In this document: positions 1 through 8,818 of the stretch, piece by piece
Numbering within the stretch: position 1 is the first letter of the stretch
Layout of the letters: every line of letters begins with the position of its first letter
Source: Candidatus Bathyarchaeota archaeon
Lineage (GTDB): Archaea; Thermoproteota; Bathyarchaeia; 40CM-2-53-6
NCBI GenBank assembly: GCA_963726255.1
Contig: CAVSBL010000002.1
Location: 1,728,001-1,792,000 of the forward strand
Direction of reading: 5' to 3'
DNA: 64,000 bases
Program-made: the position numbers and the translations under genes
Notes under the pieces: generated by a model
Database searches by the model: none
What the model was told of the DNA's origin: nothing
Seen by the model: only the letters and a program-made list of their open reading frames with translations

Positions 1-39
1 GCATCGAAACAATAGCCAAGAAGTAAAGCGGACGAAGGA

Positions 40-264
40 ATGGCAAATCAGTTTGGATGGCCGCTAGACAAATCCTTCATAATTCTTCTTGCAGGTCTCG
101 CCTCAATTGCATCGTCATTATTCGCAATTCTCTATTTTTCGCCATTGTCCCAGGTCAGCGAGCCAGTGGGCTTGGCGCTATTCATGATAGCTACCTGCCT
201 GCTAGTCGCGGGGGTACATGCTGGGAATTATAGTCCTCGCCTTCGGGGTTTTCGCTTTGACTGA
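40..264 (+). CDS. small two-TM membrane protein, hypothetical
   Basis: 74-aa ORF with two hydrophobic segments and an ATG start. Confidence 0.6.
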   Translation: MANQFGWPLDKSFIILLAGLASIASSLFAILYFSPLSQVSEPVGLALFMIATCLLVAGVHAGNYSPRLRGFRFD

Positions 265-401
265 ATATTGGCAAAGAAACAGAAAATAACCTAAGAGCCA
301 ACCAAGGAGCTTCTGTTAGTCTGTCTTTGAACAGAAGAAAGAAGAAGTGTTCAAATACCGTAGCTTGTTGTAGCGAGGAACAATCTCAGGCCGTGTAAAG
401 G

Positions 402-1616
402 ATGGCTGACGGCTGGTCCCCGCCCAAGAATGCGAAGATTTGGGGCCACTTATTCAACGAAGTGGTCCGCGCAAAGCACTGTATGATGTGCGGCGCCTGC
501 GTCGCCTCCTGCCCGATCAATGTGCTGAACGTGAATGTGAACGAGGAACCAGTCATCAAAGGGCCTTGTGCTGCTTGCCAAGTCTGCTACTATAGTTGCC
601 CCAGGCTGGAGTTCCCGTTAGACGAAATCGAGTACTACCTGTTCGGCAGAACCCGGAAGCCCGAAGAAGAGTCACTAGGTATTTACAGGAACATTTACTC
701 AGCAAGGGCTTTGGACGAGGAGATATGGCATGCAGGCCAAGATGGCGGCACCGTCATAGCACTCATGACCCATGCCCTTCAAATTGGGTTGATTAACTGC
801 TTTGCAACATCGGACTTTACTAAATCCAACTCAGTCTTCGTTCTTGGTAACGGAATGGCACTCAAGACCGTGCCGGTTGTTGGTGATACTGCAGCCGACC
901 TAATCCGCACGGCTGGGTCGAAATACACTCACGGCGGAGTGTTAGGAGTTTTGTCAGATGCAGCCGCGTCATACCCCGACGGACGAGTTGGCCTAGTCGG
1001 ACTCCCTTGCGAACTACAAGGGCTTTGGCGAATGTACACATCATTACAGGCTACGGTGAAATTTGGCGGCTCTTGGATCAGAGGTGGACGCCCAGTTCTA
1101 ACAATTGGGCTATTCTGCTCGAAAGTGTACACGCATGATCAACTTGTCACCGAATTCATCCAGAACAAACACGGGATAGACCCTGCGAAAATTACGAGGA
1201 CAGTCGTGAAAAGGAACCGGTTCAAAGTCTACGTTGGAGCAGACTGCGTCCTCGACGTTCAAATCAAAGAACTTGAATCATACATGAGCCAACCGTGCCA
1301 TTATTGCATCGACTACGTAGCGGAACTCGCTGACATTTCAGTGGGGGCGGTTGGTTCACCTGATGGATGGACTACAGTTATCGTACGTTCGGAACTGGGT
1401 CAGAAATTATTCGACAGCGCCATCAAGGCCAGGGTCATCGAAGCTACCCCGGTAGAAACCGCTAAACCTACTGGGCTGCCGTTCGTAGTTAAACTCTCCA
1501 ACAAGAAGAAACGGGAACGTAACGCCTACTACCTGAGGCGTGGGTTACGTGAAGGATTCCTGGAACAGCGGAAACATGAACTGCTTCAGATCGCTCCAGC
1601 GCCGGAAGCCCAATGA
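402..1616 (+). CDS. coenzyme F420 hydrogenase/dehydrogenase beta-subunit family protein (FrhB/FdhB/FpoF-like) with N-terminal 2x[4Fe-4S] ferredoxin domain
   Basis: CMMCGACVASCP and CAACQVCYYSCP; GQDGG, AGSKY, GLPC, GLFC, CxxCxD and ADISVGAVGSPDGWTTVIVRS motifs. Confidence 0.9.
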   Translation: MADGWSPPKNAKIWGHLFNEVVRAKHCMMCGACVASCPINVLNVNVNEEPVIKGPCAACQVCYYSCPRLEFPLDEIEYYLFGRTRKPEEESLGIYRNIYSARALDEEIWHAGQDGGTVIALMTHALQIGLINCFATSDFTKSNSVFVLGNGMALKTVPVVGDTAADLIRTAGSKYTHGGVLGVLSDAAASYPDGRVGLVGLPCELQGLWRMYTSLQATVKFGGSWIRGGRPVLTIGLFCSKVYTHDQLVTEFIQNKHGIDPAKITRTVVKRNRFKVYVGADCVLDVQIKELESYMSQPCHYCIDYVAELADISVGAVGSPDGWTTVIVRSELGQKLFDSAIKARVIEATPVETAKPTGLPFVVKLSNKKKRERNAYYLRRGLREGFLEQRKHELLQIAPAPEAQ

Positions 1617-1668
1617 TTCGCCCCTAGGCTACGATGAGTTCTTTGCCCTTACGCCCGTAACCCAAGAC

Positions 1669-3126
1669 CTACGACGCGTTTACGGTCACGCTCTTTATTC
1701 GCGTGTAGTGGCTGATTGCTTGTAGGCCGCTTTCGTACCCTATTCCGCTATCCTTGTAACCGCCAAACGGGGTCTGGGGGTACGCGACTAAGTAATCGTT
1801 TACTGCTACCACGCCCGTTTGAAGTTGGTTAACCAGCCGTTGGGCGAGTTTCAAGTTATTCGTCCACACGCCCGCGTACAGGCCGAACTGAGTATCGTTC
1901 GCCATCCGAACAACTTCCTCAACCGACTTGAATTTGAACACGGTTAGTACGGGGCCGAATATTTCTTCGCATCCAATCTTCATGTCGGCGTTGACGTCTG
2001 TGAAGATGGTTGGTTTGAGGAAGTAGCCGCTTCGAAGTGCTGATTCTTCTGGGACGGTACCTCCAGTTACTAAGCGGGCCCCCTCCTCTCGCCCAGACTT
2101 GATGTAGGTTAGTACTCGTTCTTGTTGGTCTTTGGAAACTAATGGGCCCAGCTCGGTTTTCTCGTCAAGTCCAGGCCCAATCTTCATGAGCTCCGTTTGC
2201 TTCCTTAGTTCGGCGAGGAATTTTTCGTATATCTCATCCTGAAGGAAAAGGCGAGATCCGGCCCAGCACATTTGTCCTGCGTTTGTGAAAATCGCGTACT
2301 TTGCCATTTGCACGGCCCTCTCGAAGTCCGCGTCATGGAAAACTATGTTCGGGTTCTTACCGCCTAACTCCAATAGCACCGGGGTCACATTTTTCGCAGC
2401 GGTTTCCATGATCTGGCGGCCTGTTTCTGTTGAGCCGGTGAATGTAATGCCGTCTATTCTTGGGTTGGAAACCAACTCCCTTCCGGCTACAGATCCCGAG
2501 CCGGTTATGACGTTCAGAACGCCGTCAGGAAAACCTGATTTCTCTGCGTATTCGGCAATTTTAAGCAGAGTCAATGGCGTTAGTTCCGCAGGTTTTGCCA
2601 CAATCGTATTTCCTGCGGCGAGCGCTGGAGCAATACTCCTTGCGGCCAATGCTAGCGGATAATTCCAGGGTATGATATGCGCTGTCACGCCGAGCGGCTC
2701 TCGGAGCGTGTAGGTTAACCTATTCGGCGTAACGGGAATCGTCTCGCCTTCAATTTTGTCCGCAGCCCCAGCCCAGTACTCGAAGGCCCGGACCGTCCAA
2801 GCTACATCACCCTTCGATTCTCGAATAGGTTTTCCTTGATTGAGGGTCTCAAGTTTGGAGAATTCGTCAAAATTCTGACGCATTAATGCGGCTACTTGCA
2901 TCAGTAGCTTGCCGCGTTTCGTTTGTTCCATGTCCCGCCAGCTAGCGGCCTCGAACGCTTTGCGCGCCGCCTCTACGGCTTCGCGGACATCGTCCTTCGT
3001 AGCTTTCGGCACGTGGCCTATCGCATCCCCCGTCGCAGGGTTTCTTAGCTCAAACGTTTCCGCCGAGTTACCCGCGGTCCATTTTCCGTCCACAAAGAAT
3101 TTTGAAGGTTCAACTTGAATGGTCAA
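1669..3126 (-). CDS. NAD(P)-dependent aldehyde dehydrogenase
   Basis: IIPWNYP, FTGSTETG, LELGGKNP, AGQMC (catalytic Cys), EEIFGPV, PFGGYKDSG. Confidence 0.95.
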   Translation of the reverse strand: MTIQVEPSKFFVDGKWTAGNSAETFELRNPATGDAIGHVPKATKDDVREAVEAARKAFEAASWRDMEQTKRGKLLMQVAALMRQNFDEFSKLETLNQGKPIRESKGDVAWTVRAFEYWAGAADKIEGETIPVTPNRLTYTLREPLGVTAHIIPWNYPLALAARSIAPALAAGNTIVAKPAELTPLTLLKIAEYAEKSGFPDGVLNVITGSGSVAGRELVSNPRIDGITFTGSTETGRQIMETAAKNVTPVLLELGGKNPNIVFHDADFERAVQMAKYAIFTNAGQMCWAGSRLFLQDEIYEKFLAELRKQTELMKIGPGLDEKTELGPLVSKDQQERVLTYIKSGREEGARLVTGGTVPEESALRSGYFLKPTIFTDVNADMKIGCEEIFGPVLTVFKFKSVEEVVRMANDTQFGLYAGVWTNNLKLAQRLVNQLQTGVVAVNDYLVAYPQTPFGGYKDSGIGYESGLQAISHYTRIKSVTVNAS

Positions 3127-3204
3127 TTGCTATACAGACCTGTTACTGCGTGGTCCTGGACCGTAGATAATGCATATGATGTTTGTTAAGAGCCCAAGGA
3201 TTCG

Positions 3205-3876
3205 TTATGCTAGCTTGGAGTTTGCTTGTGCCACCAACTCGGCTAGACTGACCTCTTTGCATAGCTCTGGCGGTAGACCACAAACGCATAACAGCGCCGA
3301 AATTATGTTCGCTTCATCATCTATCGTTTTTCTTATTTCCGATTCAATCTTCTTCAGTTCAGTTTCTGTTTGCCTAAACGTATGGCCTATGAAGATCTTA
3401 GGTGTGAACCCCGGACCGACCTGCATAAACCTGCCCCCAATCAGCAAGAATGGAATTTCCTTGTCTGAGTTGAATTTGCGCACCAGTTTCTCCTCAGTCT
3501 TCAGCAGTTTTTGAAGCGGTTTGAACTCTCTATCCTTGGTCTCGCGGGAGGCGAATTCGATGTGTGGGCTGTTGTACGAGGCTTTCGTGAAATCATAGGT
3601 TGGTAGGTTGAGAAACGGTTCGTCCCTAGCGGCGCTCATTGTCTGTTTGAGCCCGTCCCACTGCCCGAATTTCTGGAGCGCCCTAACTATAGCCCAGCGC
3701 TCAGCGGCACAGTATGGGCAGTATTCGGCGCCCATGAAGAAGACATAGATTTTCCCGCCCCGCCTCATAGTGTCCTTGGAGGCTTCGACAAATTTTCCTA
3801 GAACCTTGACTTGCCTGCTCATTGCTTGCTTGTTCATGGCTCGGCCGCGCCTCCACGGCATATGAATGGTCATCAT
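3205..3876 (-). CDS. DUF929-like thioredoxin-fold protein
   Basis: GAEYCPYCAAERW motif and IPFLLIGG; start may be further downstream. Confidence 0.75.
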   Translation of the reverse strand: MMTIHMPWRRGRAMNKQAMSRQVKVLGKFVEASKDTMRRGGKIYVFFMGAEYCPYCAAERWAIVRALQKFGQWDGLKQTMSAARDEPFLNLPTYDFTKASYNSPHIEFASRETKDREFKPLQKLLKTEEKLVRKFNSDKEIPFLLIGGRFMQVGPGFTPKIFIGHTFRQTETELKKIESEIRKTIDDEANIISALLCVCGLPPELCKEVSLAELVAQANSKLA

Positions 3877-4099
3877 TTATTCCTACCTGTACCTTTCTAC
3901 AAAAACTAGCTAACTCTTTCTCTCTCTATACTTTCAGATAGCTAAAACGCGCTGGAGTAGCGGTTCATCACCCACAAAAGTGTCAAAACCGTTCCCGAAC
4001 CCGGTTGGTTGTATTGAACGGCCCGAAACTCACTCATGTCAAAATCGGATCCGTAGCACAAACTCGTTCGGCCCAGATTCAATGCTAACCTAACGAAGA

Positions 4100-4216
4100 T
4101 ACACACATACCGTTACTTTGAGCGTAGTCAAGGGTTATGCAATACCAATACTGCAGTCAGTTCAAGTCAGTGCGGGCAAAACAACTTCAGTCACTTACAG
4201 ATACGTCAGGACATAA
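4100..4216 (+). pseudogene. orphan C-terminal fragment of a surface-protein beta-sandwich (PEGA-like) domain
   Basis: Frame reads YTHTVTLSVVKGYAIPILQSVQVSAGKTTSVTYRYVRT*, preceded by an in-frame TAA and no usable start. Confidence 0.35.
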
Positions 4217-4271
4217 CCTCGTCCCTAAATTTTGATGTTCCAACCTATCCTCCCGAAAAGGAGCAGGGGAG

Positions 4272-5621
4272 CTACTTGAGTTGTGTTGCTACCTCTTTTA
4301 CTACGCCCTCGAATATTTCTAGGCCGGCGTCGATTATTTCATGTGTTATGATTAGCGGCGGGGCAAAACGCATCGTCGACTTGCCCGCGGTTATGATTGC
4401 TAGGCCGCGTTTGAAGCATTTGTTCATGATATCAAGAAGTTCTTGAGCGGCAGGTTCCTTCGTTTCCCGGTCCTTGACGAACTCTACGCCGACCATCAGC
4501 CCCTTGCCCCGAACGTCACCTATGACCTCATACTTCTGTTGCATCTCTTTCAGGCGTTTCATCAGGTAGGTTCCTTGGCGGGTTGCATTTTCCAGCAGTT
4601 TCTCTTCTTTTATGATCTCGATTACCTGCAGCCCAGCCGCGCAGGCTATGGGGTTACCCCCGAACGTGTTCGCGTGTGAACCCCCCTCCCAGTCCATTAT
4701 TTCCTCCTTGGCAATTGTTGCGCCGATTGGGAGGCCTGATCCGACCGCTTTAGCTGCACTCACTATGTCTGGCGTGACACCCCAATGTTCGATAGCGAAC
4801 CATTTGCCTGTCCGCCCCATACCTGACTGGATTTCATCATCCACTAGCAGAATATCGTATTTGTCAAGAATTTTTTTGAGGCGTTGGAAGTAGTCGTCGG
4901 GTGGGACCACGTACCCTCCTTCACCTTGGATGGCCTCAACGAACATGGCAGCCGTGTCTTCGGGAGGATGAAACTTCTTGAGGACCTCCTCTTCGATGAA
5001 GTCTACGCACCACATGTTACATTCAGGATAAGTGAGGCCGAAGGGACAGCGGTAGCAATACGGGTAGGGAACATGGGTAACTTCCTGCCCTAATGGGAAG
5101 AAGTGCCGCCTCTGCACCGGCTTACTTGCAGTGAGGCTCATTGTTGCGAAAGAACGGCCATGGAATGAACCCGTGTACGCTAAGAAGAGCGGTTTCCGGG
5201 TGTGCCACCTTGTCATTTTCATCGCGGCCTCGTTCGCTTCCGCGCCGCTATTCGAAAAGAAGACCTTCTTAGGGAATGTTCCAGGTGTAATCTTGGTAAG
5301 TTGTTCAGCCAGGTCAACGATTGGCTTGTAGTAGAAATCGGTCCACGAATAGTGAATCAGCTTCTCAGCTTGATCCTTAATCGCTTTAACAACTCGCGGA
5401 TGGCAATGGCCGACGTTGAGGACCACCAAACCCGAATTGAAGTCAACATACTCATTCCCGTCCACATCCTTAACGAAACAGCCAGATCCGGATTCTGCGA
5501 CTAGCGGGTACCATCTAACAACCGAATGCGATAGAATATGCGCGTCCTTCTCGAGAAGTTCACGTGCCTTCGGCCCAGGGGGTGTGACTACGATTCTCGG
5601 TTTTTCAAGCTTCGCTACCAA
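4272..5621 (-). CDS. class III PLP aminotransferase (acetylornithine/4-aminobutyrate aminotransferase family)
   Basis: SNSGAEANEAA, FHGRS, EAIQGEGG, DEIQSGMGRTG, AKAVGSG, TFGGNP; probable TTG start at 5621 (ORF open to 5702). Confidence 0.93.
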   Translation of the reverse strand: MVAKLEKPRIVVTPPGPKARELLEKDAHILSHSVVRWYPLVAESGSGCFVKDVDGNEYVDFNSGLVVLNVGHCHPRVVKAIKDQAEKLIHYSWTDFYYKPIVDLAEQLTKITPGTFPKKVFFSNSGAEANEAAMKMTRWHTRKPLFLAYTGSFHGRSFATMSLTASKPVQRRHFFPLGQEVTHVPYPYCYRCPFGLTYPECNMWCVDFIEEEVLKKFHPPEDTAAMFVEAIQGEGGYVVPPDDYFQRLKKILDKYDILLVDDEIQSGMGRTGKWFAIEHWGVTPDIVSAAKAVGSGLPIGATIAKEEIMDWEGGSHANTFGGNPIACAAGLQVIEIIKEEKLLENATRQGTYLMKRLKEMQQKYEVIGDVRGKGLMVGVEFVKDRETKEPAAQELLDIMNKCFKRGLAIITAGKSTMRFAPPLIITHEIIDAGLEIFEGVVKEVATQLK

Positions 5622-5719
5622 GGTTGATGCCTCGAACTTGACGACGCCTTGCCCCAGAATTGTAAAAGTCTTCCGCCCATGTGTCGCAAGTGCAACCCAC
5701 ACAACGCACCTTCGGAGTA

Positions 5720-6421
5720 CTATGCCTGAAGTGTGACCTCAGAACTCTCAGACATCTTGAGTTCATGCCATCTTCGGTCAAACCGTACTTTTCTCATAGA
5801 TCTGATTCGCATGAAGTCACGTGTTTCCCTGGCGACTTCTTCGACCTTAAAGTCGATGATCCCGTCAACCGCTGCTTCGAGTTGCTTGTACGCCCAGTTA
5901 CTATGAATTCCTGCCATGAAGCCAATTAGTTGGGTTATTTGCCTCGCTTTGCTCATGGGAATTGGCCTGGTTAGGTACAATTCGACCCAGTTCCTTTCAT
6001 CGTTGAACCTATCAAGAACTGAACTGTTATCGGCTATTACGAGGAATTCGGGAGCGGCTGATTCAACCATCGCTTCTCTTGCTATCCAAAGGCTCAGGTC
6101 GGCGACCCTTAACGATTCGAGGGCGAACCTTTCCTTGGATTTCTGTCCCACCGATGCTGCGTAGAAGTCAGTAATCCATAACCGGTCTTTCTGTTCTAGA
6201 TCATCAACAGCAAGCCCGAGTTGCCGGAGTTGAGAACGCACATCTTCCGGTGGCTGGGATTGGGCAATGTAACTAACACTACCACCGGTCCTCAACCATC
6301 CTGCCGCAATTGTGAGGGATGCGTTGTACCATTGTGATGCGGGGTCGAATTCGACGATGATGTTGGTTCCCGGGGGGATGGGTGCTCGTGTCAAATCTTC
6401 AACTAATTCAAGCCGCGGCAA
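5720..6421 (-). CDS. RAD55/KaiC-fold protein with degenerate Walker A
   Basis: RecA/KaiC-like layout (IPPGTNIIV, LVIADNSS, GIHS, VDGIIDF); EFDPASQW replaces GxxGxGKT. Confidence 0.8.
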   Translation of the reverse strand: MPRLELVEDLTRAPIPPGTNIIVEFDPASQWYNASLTIAAGWLRTGGSVSYIAQSQPPEDVRSQLRQLGLAVDDLEQKDRLWITDFYAASVGQKSKERFALESLRVADLSLWIAREAMVESAAPEFLVIADNSSVLDRFNDERNWVELYLTRPIPMSKARQITQLIGFMAGIHSNWAYKQLEAAVDGIIDFKVEEVARETRDFMRIRSMRKVRFDRRWHELKMSESSEVTLQA

Positions 6422-6454
6422 CTCAAGTGCCTGCTAGAGTGACTATGCGCTTGA

Positions 6455-7378
6455 TCAGATCATTTTGCGGATTTGTTCGAGGTTTTTCAGGAAGCCTTCC
6501 TCAGTTTGGCTGTCAGCTGAGAACGTTGGGTCAATTATCAATTCGTCGGGTTTAGCGTCCTTTACTGCTCGAATGTCTTCCTTGATCTGGTCTAGGCTGC
6601 CGGAAAAGAAGCTTCGTTCTTTCCCAATGGGTTCGGGTCTAACGTCAATGTTGTATCGAGCCAATATTTTGAAGTGGGCTGGGTCGCGGCCAGCGCTCTT
6701 AACCATGTCCTTGACCTGGGCTGACATCGACTTCAACTGGTCAAGCGGAACTCCAACGGGCATCCACCCGTCGGCGAAGGTTGCTGCACGTTTCATAGCC
6801 AAAGGGGCGAACGCCGCCATGTAAATGGGGGGATGTGGCTTTTGCACCGGCTTGGGTTGGATTATGGATTTGGGAAGCTGGAAGTATTTTCCATAAAATT
6901 CAGCTGGATCCGTTGTCCAAATAGCCTTAAGGACTTTCAAGAATTCGTCTGCGCGTTTCCCCCGCCCTTTCAGCGATGAGCCTATCGCATCATATTCGTC
7001 CTTCGACCAACCGAGGCCGAACCCGACCTTCAGCCTCCCATTCGAGACTTGGTCCAGTGTGGTTAACCGTCGGGCGAGTAAAACTGGATTATAGAATGGA
7101 ATGTCGAGAACGCTCGTGCCTAAGGAGACTCGGTTTGTGTGCGCGGCAGCAAAGGTCAAAGTTTCAATTGGGTCGAAGATTCGTTTGTAGACTTCAGGAA
7201 TCGGCCCCCCGTAGTACGATGTCTGAGGGTTCACAGGCCATAGGAGACGTTCGGTTACCCAGAGCCCATCGTAACCCAATTCCTCTGCACGCTTCGCGAC
7301 TTTGACAATTGTGCGCGGGTCTGCAACAGGCCCAATTTGAGGAAGAAAGAACCCTGTTCTCATTTGCATTCGTCCCAC
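6455..7378 (-). CDS. LLM-class (probably F420-dependent) oxidoreductase
   Basis: AEELGYDGLWVTE, DPIETLTFAAAHT, LGTSVL, LDQVSNGR, PKPVQKPHPPI, ADGWMP. Confidence 0.9.
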   Translation of the reverse strand: MGRMQMRTGFFLPQIGPVADPRTIVKVAKRAEELGYDGLWVTERLLWPVNPQTSYYGGPIPEVYKRIFDPIETLTFAAAHTNRVSLGTSVLDIPFYNPVLLARRLTTLDQVSNGRLKVGFGLGWSKDEYDAIGSSLKGRGKRADEFLKVLKAIWTTDPAEFYGKYFQLPKSIIQPKPVQKPHPPIYMAAFAPLAMKRAATFADGWMPVGVPLDQLKSMSAQVKDMVKSAGRDPAHFKILARYNIDVRPEPIGKERSFFSGSLDQIKEDIRAVKDAKPDELIIDPTFSADSQTEEGFLKNLEQIRKMI

Positions 7379-7537
7379 GCAGAACTCTCAGCCAATCTAT
7401 AAATCGATTGCAACGAAGAGAACCTATGATTCTTGCAACAGGTCGGCTCGTCAGCCATACGGACCCAGCAGGGCTCCAGGTTGTCGGGGTCTTGGAAAAT
7501 AAGGGCGGGTAGGAGCACCAGTGTCATTGTTCAGCTT

Positions 7538-7630
7538 CTATGGTCGGTAGACGGCCACTGGGGGATGCTCGAACCCGAAAAGGTAGTCCGCCACATGGCA
7601 GTATTCCCTGCCTCCGATATTGCATTCCAC
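7538..7630 (-). CDS. putative 30-aa small protein (not in ORF track)
   Basis: GGAGGTGA (7637-7644, minus strand) 6 nt upstream of GTG; reads MECNIGGREYCHVADYLFGFEHPPVAVYRP*; an alternative TTG frame spans 7635-7531. Confidence 0.35.
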   Translation of the reverse strand: MECNIGGREYCHVADYLFGFEHPPVAVYRP

Positions 7631-7867
7631 TTCAATTCACCTCCTCAAATCAATTACATCATGATTCGGAGCACCGCACACTTGACCATGAGTGGAACGA
7701 ATCTACCGTAGGTGTTGATGTTCCACCTGGTAGAAACCTAGTTCTTTCATCGACGACTGAACCATCCGCGGATTATTTACCCGCTTAAACGAACATTGTG
7801 CTGAACGATTCATCCACAACTGCTTTTATTCCGTAAGGCTTGTCTTCGCGTTTGAGAGGTGTTTGAT

Positions 7868-8026
7868 ATGGCTCCAGTCGGTCTATTGTTCTTCGGCTTG
7901 TTGATTAGAACTGTCTTTGCAGTCGCGATTGTTGTAATAGTCGTTTGGCTTGTACTGAAGGTTGGCAGACTAGCAGACGCCTACACGGAAAAAATCAAAG
8001 CCCAAGGAAGCCGGACAACGAAGTAA
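7868..8026 (+). CDS. 52-aa single-TM protein (not in ORF track)
   Basis: GAGGTG upstream of ATG; MAPVGLLFFGLLIRTVFAVAIVVIVVWLVLKVGRLADAYTEKIKAQGSRTTK*; ends 19 nt before the next gene. Confidence 0.7.
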   Translation: MAPVGLLFFGLLIRTVFAVAIVVIVVWLVLKVGRLADAYTEKIKAQGSRTTK

Positions 8027-8045
8027 ACGGTCCTGTGATCCAAGA

Positions 8046-8687
8046 ATGACGTTCTGTTCCCAATGTGGCAGCGGCATATCCGAAGGAGGGCAAAGGTGCC
8101 CGAACTGCGGTACCGCCATTTCCACAAATTCCGAAAACCCACAGGCTGGGGCTCAAAGCACTGATGAGATTATTGCGGAAACTTCACTGGACGAAGTAAA
8201 ACAGGTTAATTCAGTTATTCCACTTGCTGACGACGAAACCATCCTGTGGCATCGAGAATCCACTCGGGGCCTAATCCACAAAGAGGTTACCGTGGAGGAA
8301 GCAGTAACCAACAAGCGCGCCCTGAAGTATGATGTTGAAAACAAACGGCTTGTTGCCCAAATCGGAATTAACCATTGGCCTGAAGTCGTCGTTATGAACG
8401 TGCACGGGGTTAACGATTCGCTCGGGGGAGGAGTTTTTCTGACGCCACGCATGTTTGGCCTCCCTGGCCTTGGGGGATTCGGCGTATACGGGGGACCGAG
8501 ACGAGGTAACTTGAAGGTTTTCGGCGACGTCTCCTTCATGAACGAAGGAAAAGTTGTGTTGTCATTTGAGAATGTGAAGGATCCACAAGGGGTTAGGCAA
8601 TTGGTTGAGGCCTTGAAACGTGAACAAGGCTTCCGCGGGCCGTGGCCTGTGAGGCCCTGGTTAGGCCGCCGCGTAAGACCGCAATAG
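8046..8687 (+). CDS. zinc-ribbon domain protein with probable bacterial PH-like domain
   Basis: FCSQCG...CPNCG N-terminus; DETILW, VTNKR and FENVKDP motifs. Confidence 0.7.
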   Translation: MTFCSQCGSGISEGGQRCPNCGTAISTNSENPQAGAQSTDEIIAETSLDEVKQVNSVIPLADDETILWHRESTRGLIHKEVTVEEAVTNKRALKYDVENKRLVAQIGINHWPEVVVMNVHGVNDSLGGGVFLTPRMFGLPGLGGFGVYGGPRRGNLKVFGDVSFMNEGKVVLSFENVKDPQGVRQLVEALKREQGFRGPWPVRPWLGRRVRPQ

Positions 8688-8748
8688 TCCTAACCCGGCA
8701 CCAAATTGTTATAGTGACTCTCCTCTATTGATAAGGGGCCTTTATTGC

Positions 8749-8766
8749 GTCGGCTACGTAGTCGAC
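8749..8766. promoter_or_regulatory. 18-bp imperfect palindrome upstream of the cupredoxin promoter, possible operator
   Basis: GTCGGCTACGTAGTCGAC, followed by BRE/TATA-like AAAAAACCCTTTACATAT at about 8791-8808. Confidence 0.3.
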
Positions 8767-8818
8767 CAGCTGCTTATCCGACCTTTCAACAAAAAACCCT
8801 TTACATATCTCGAAATCA

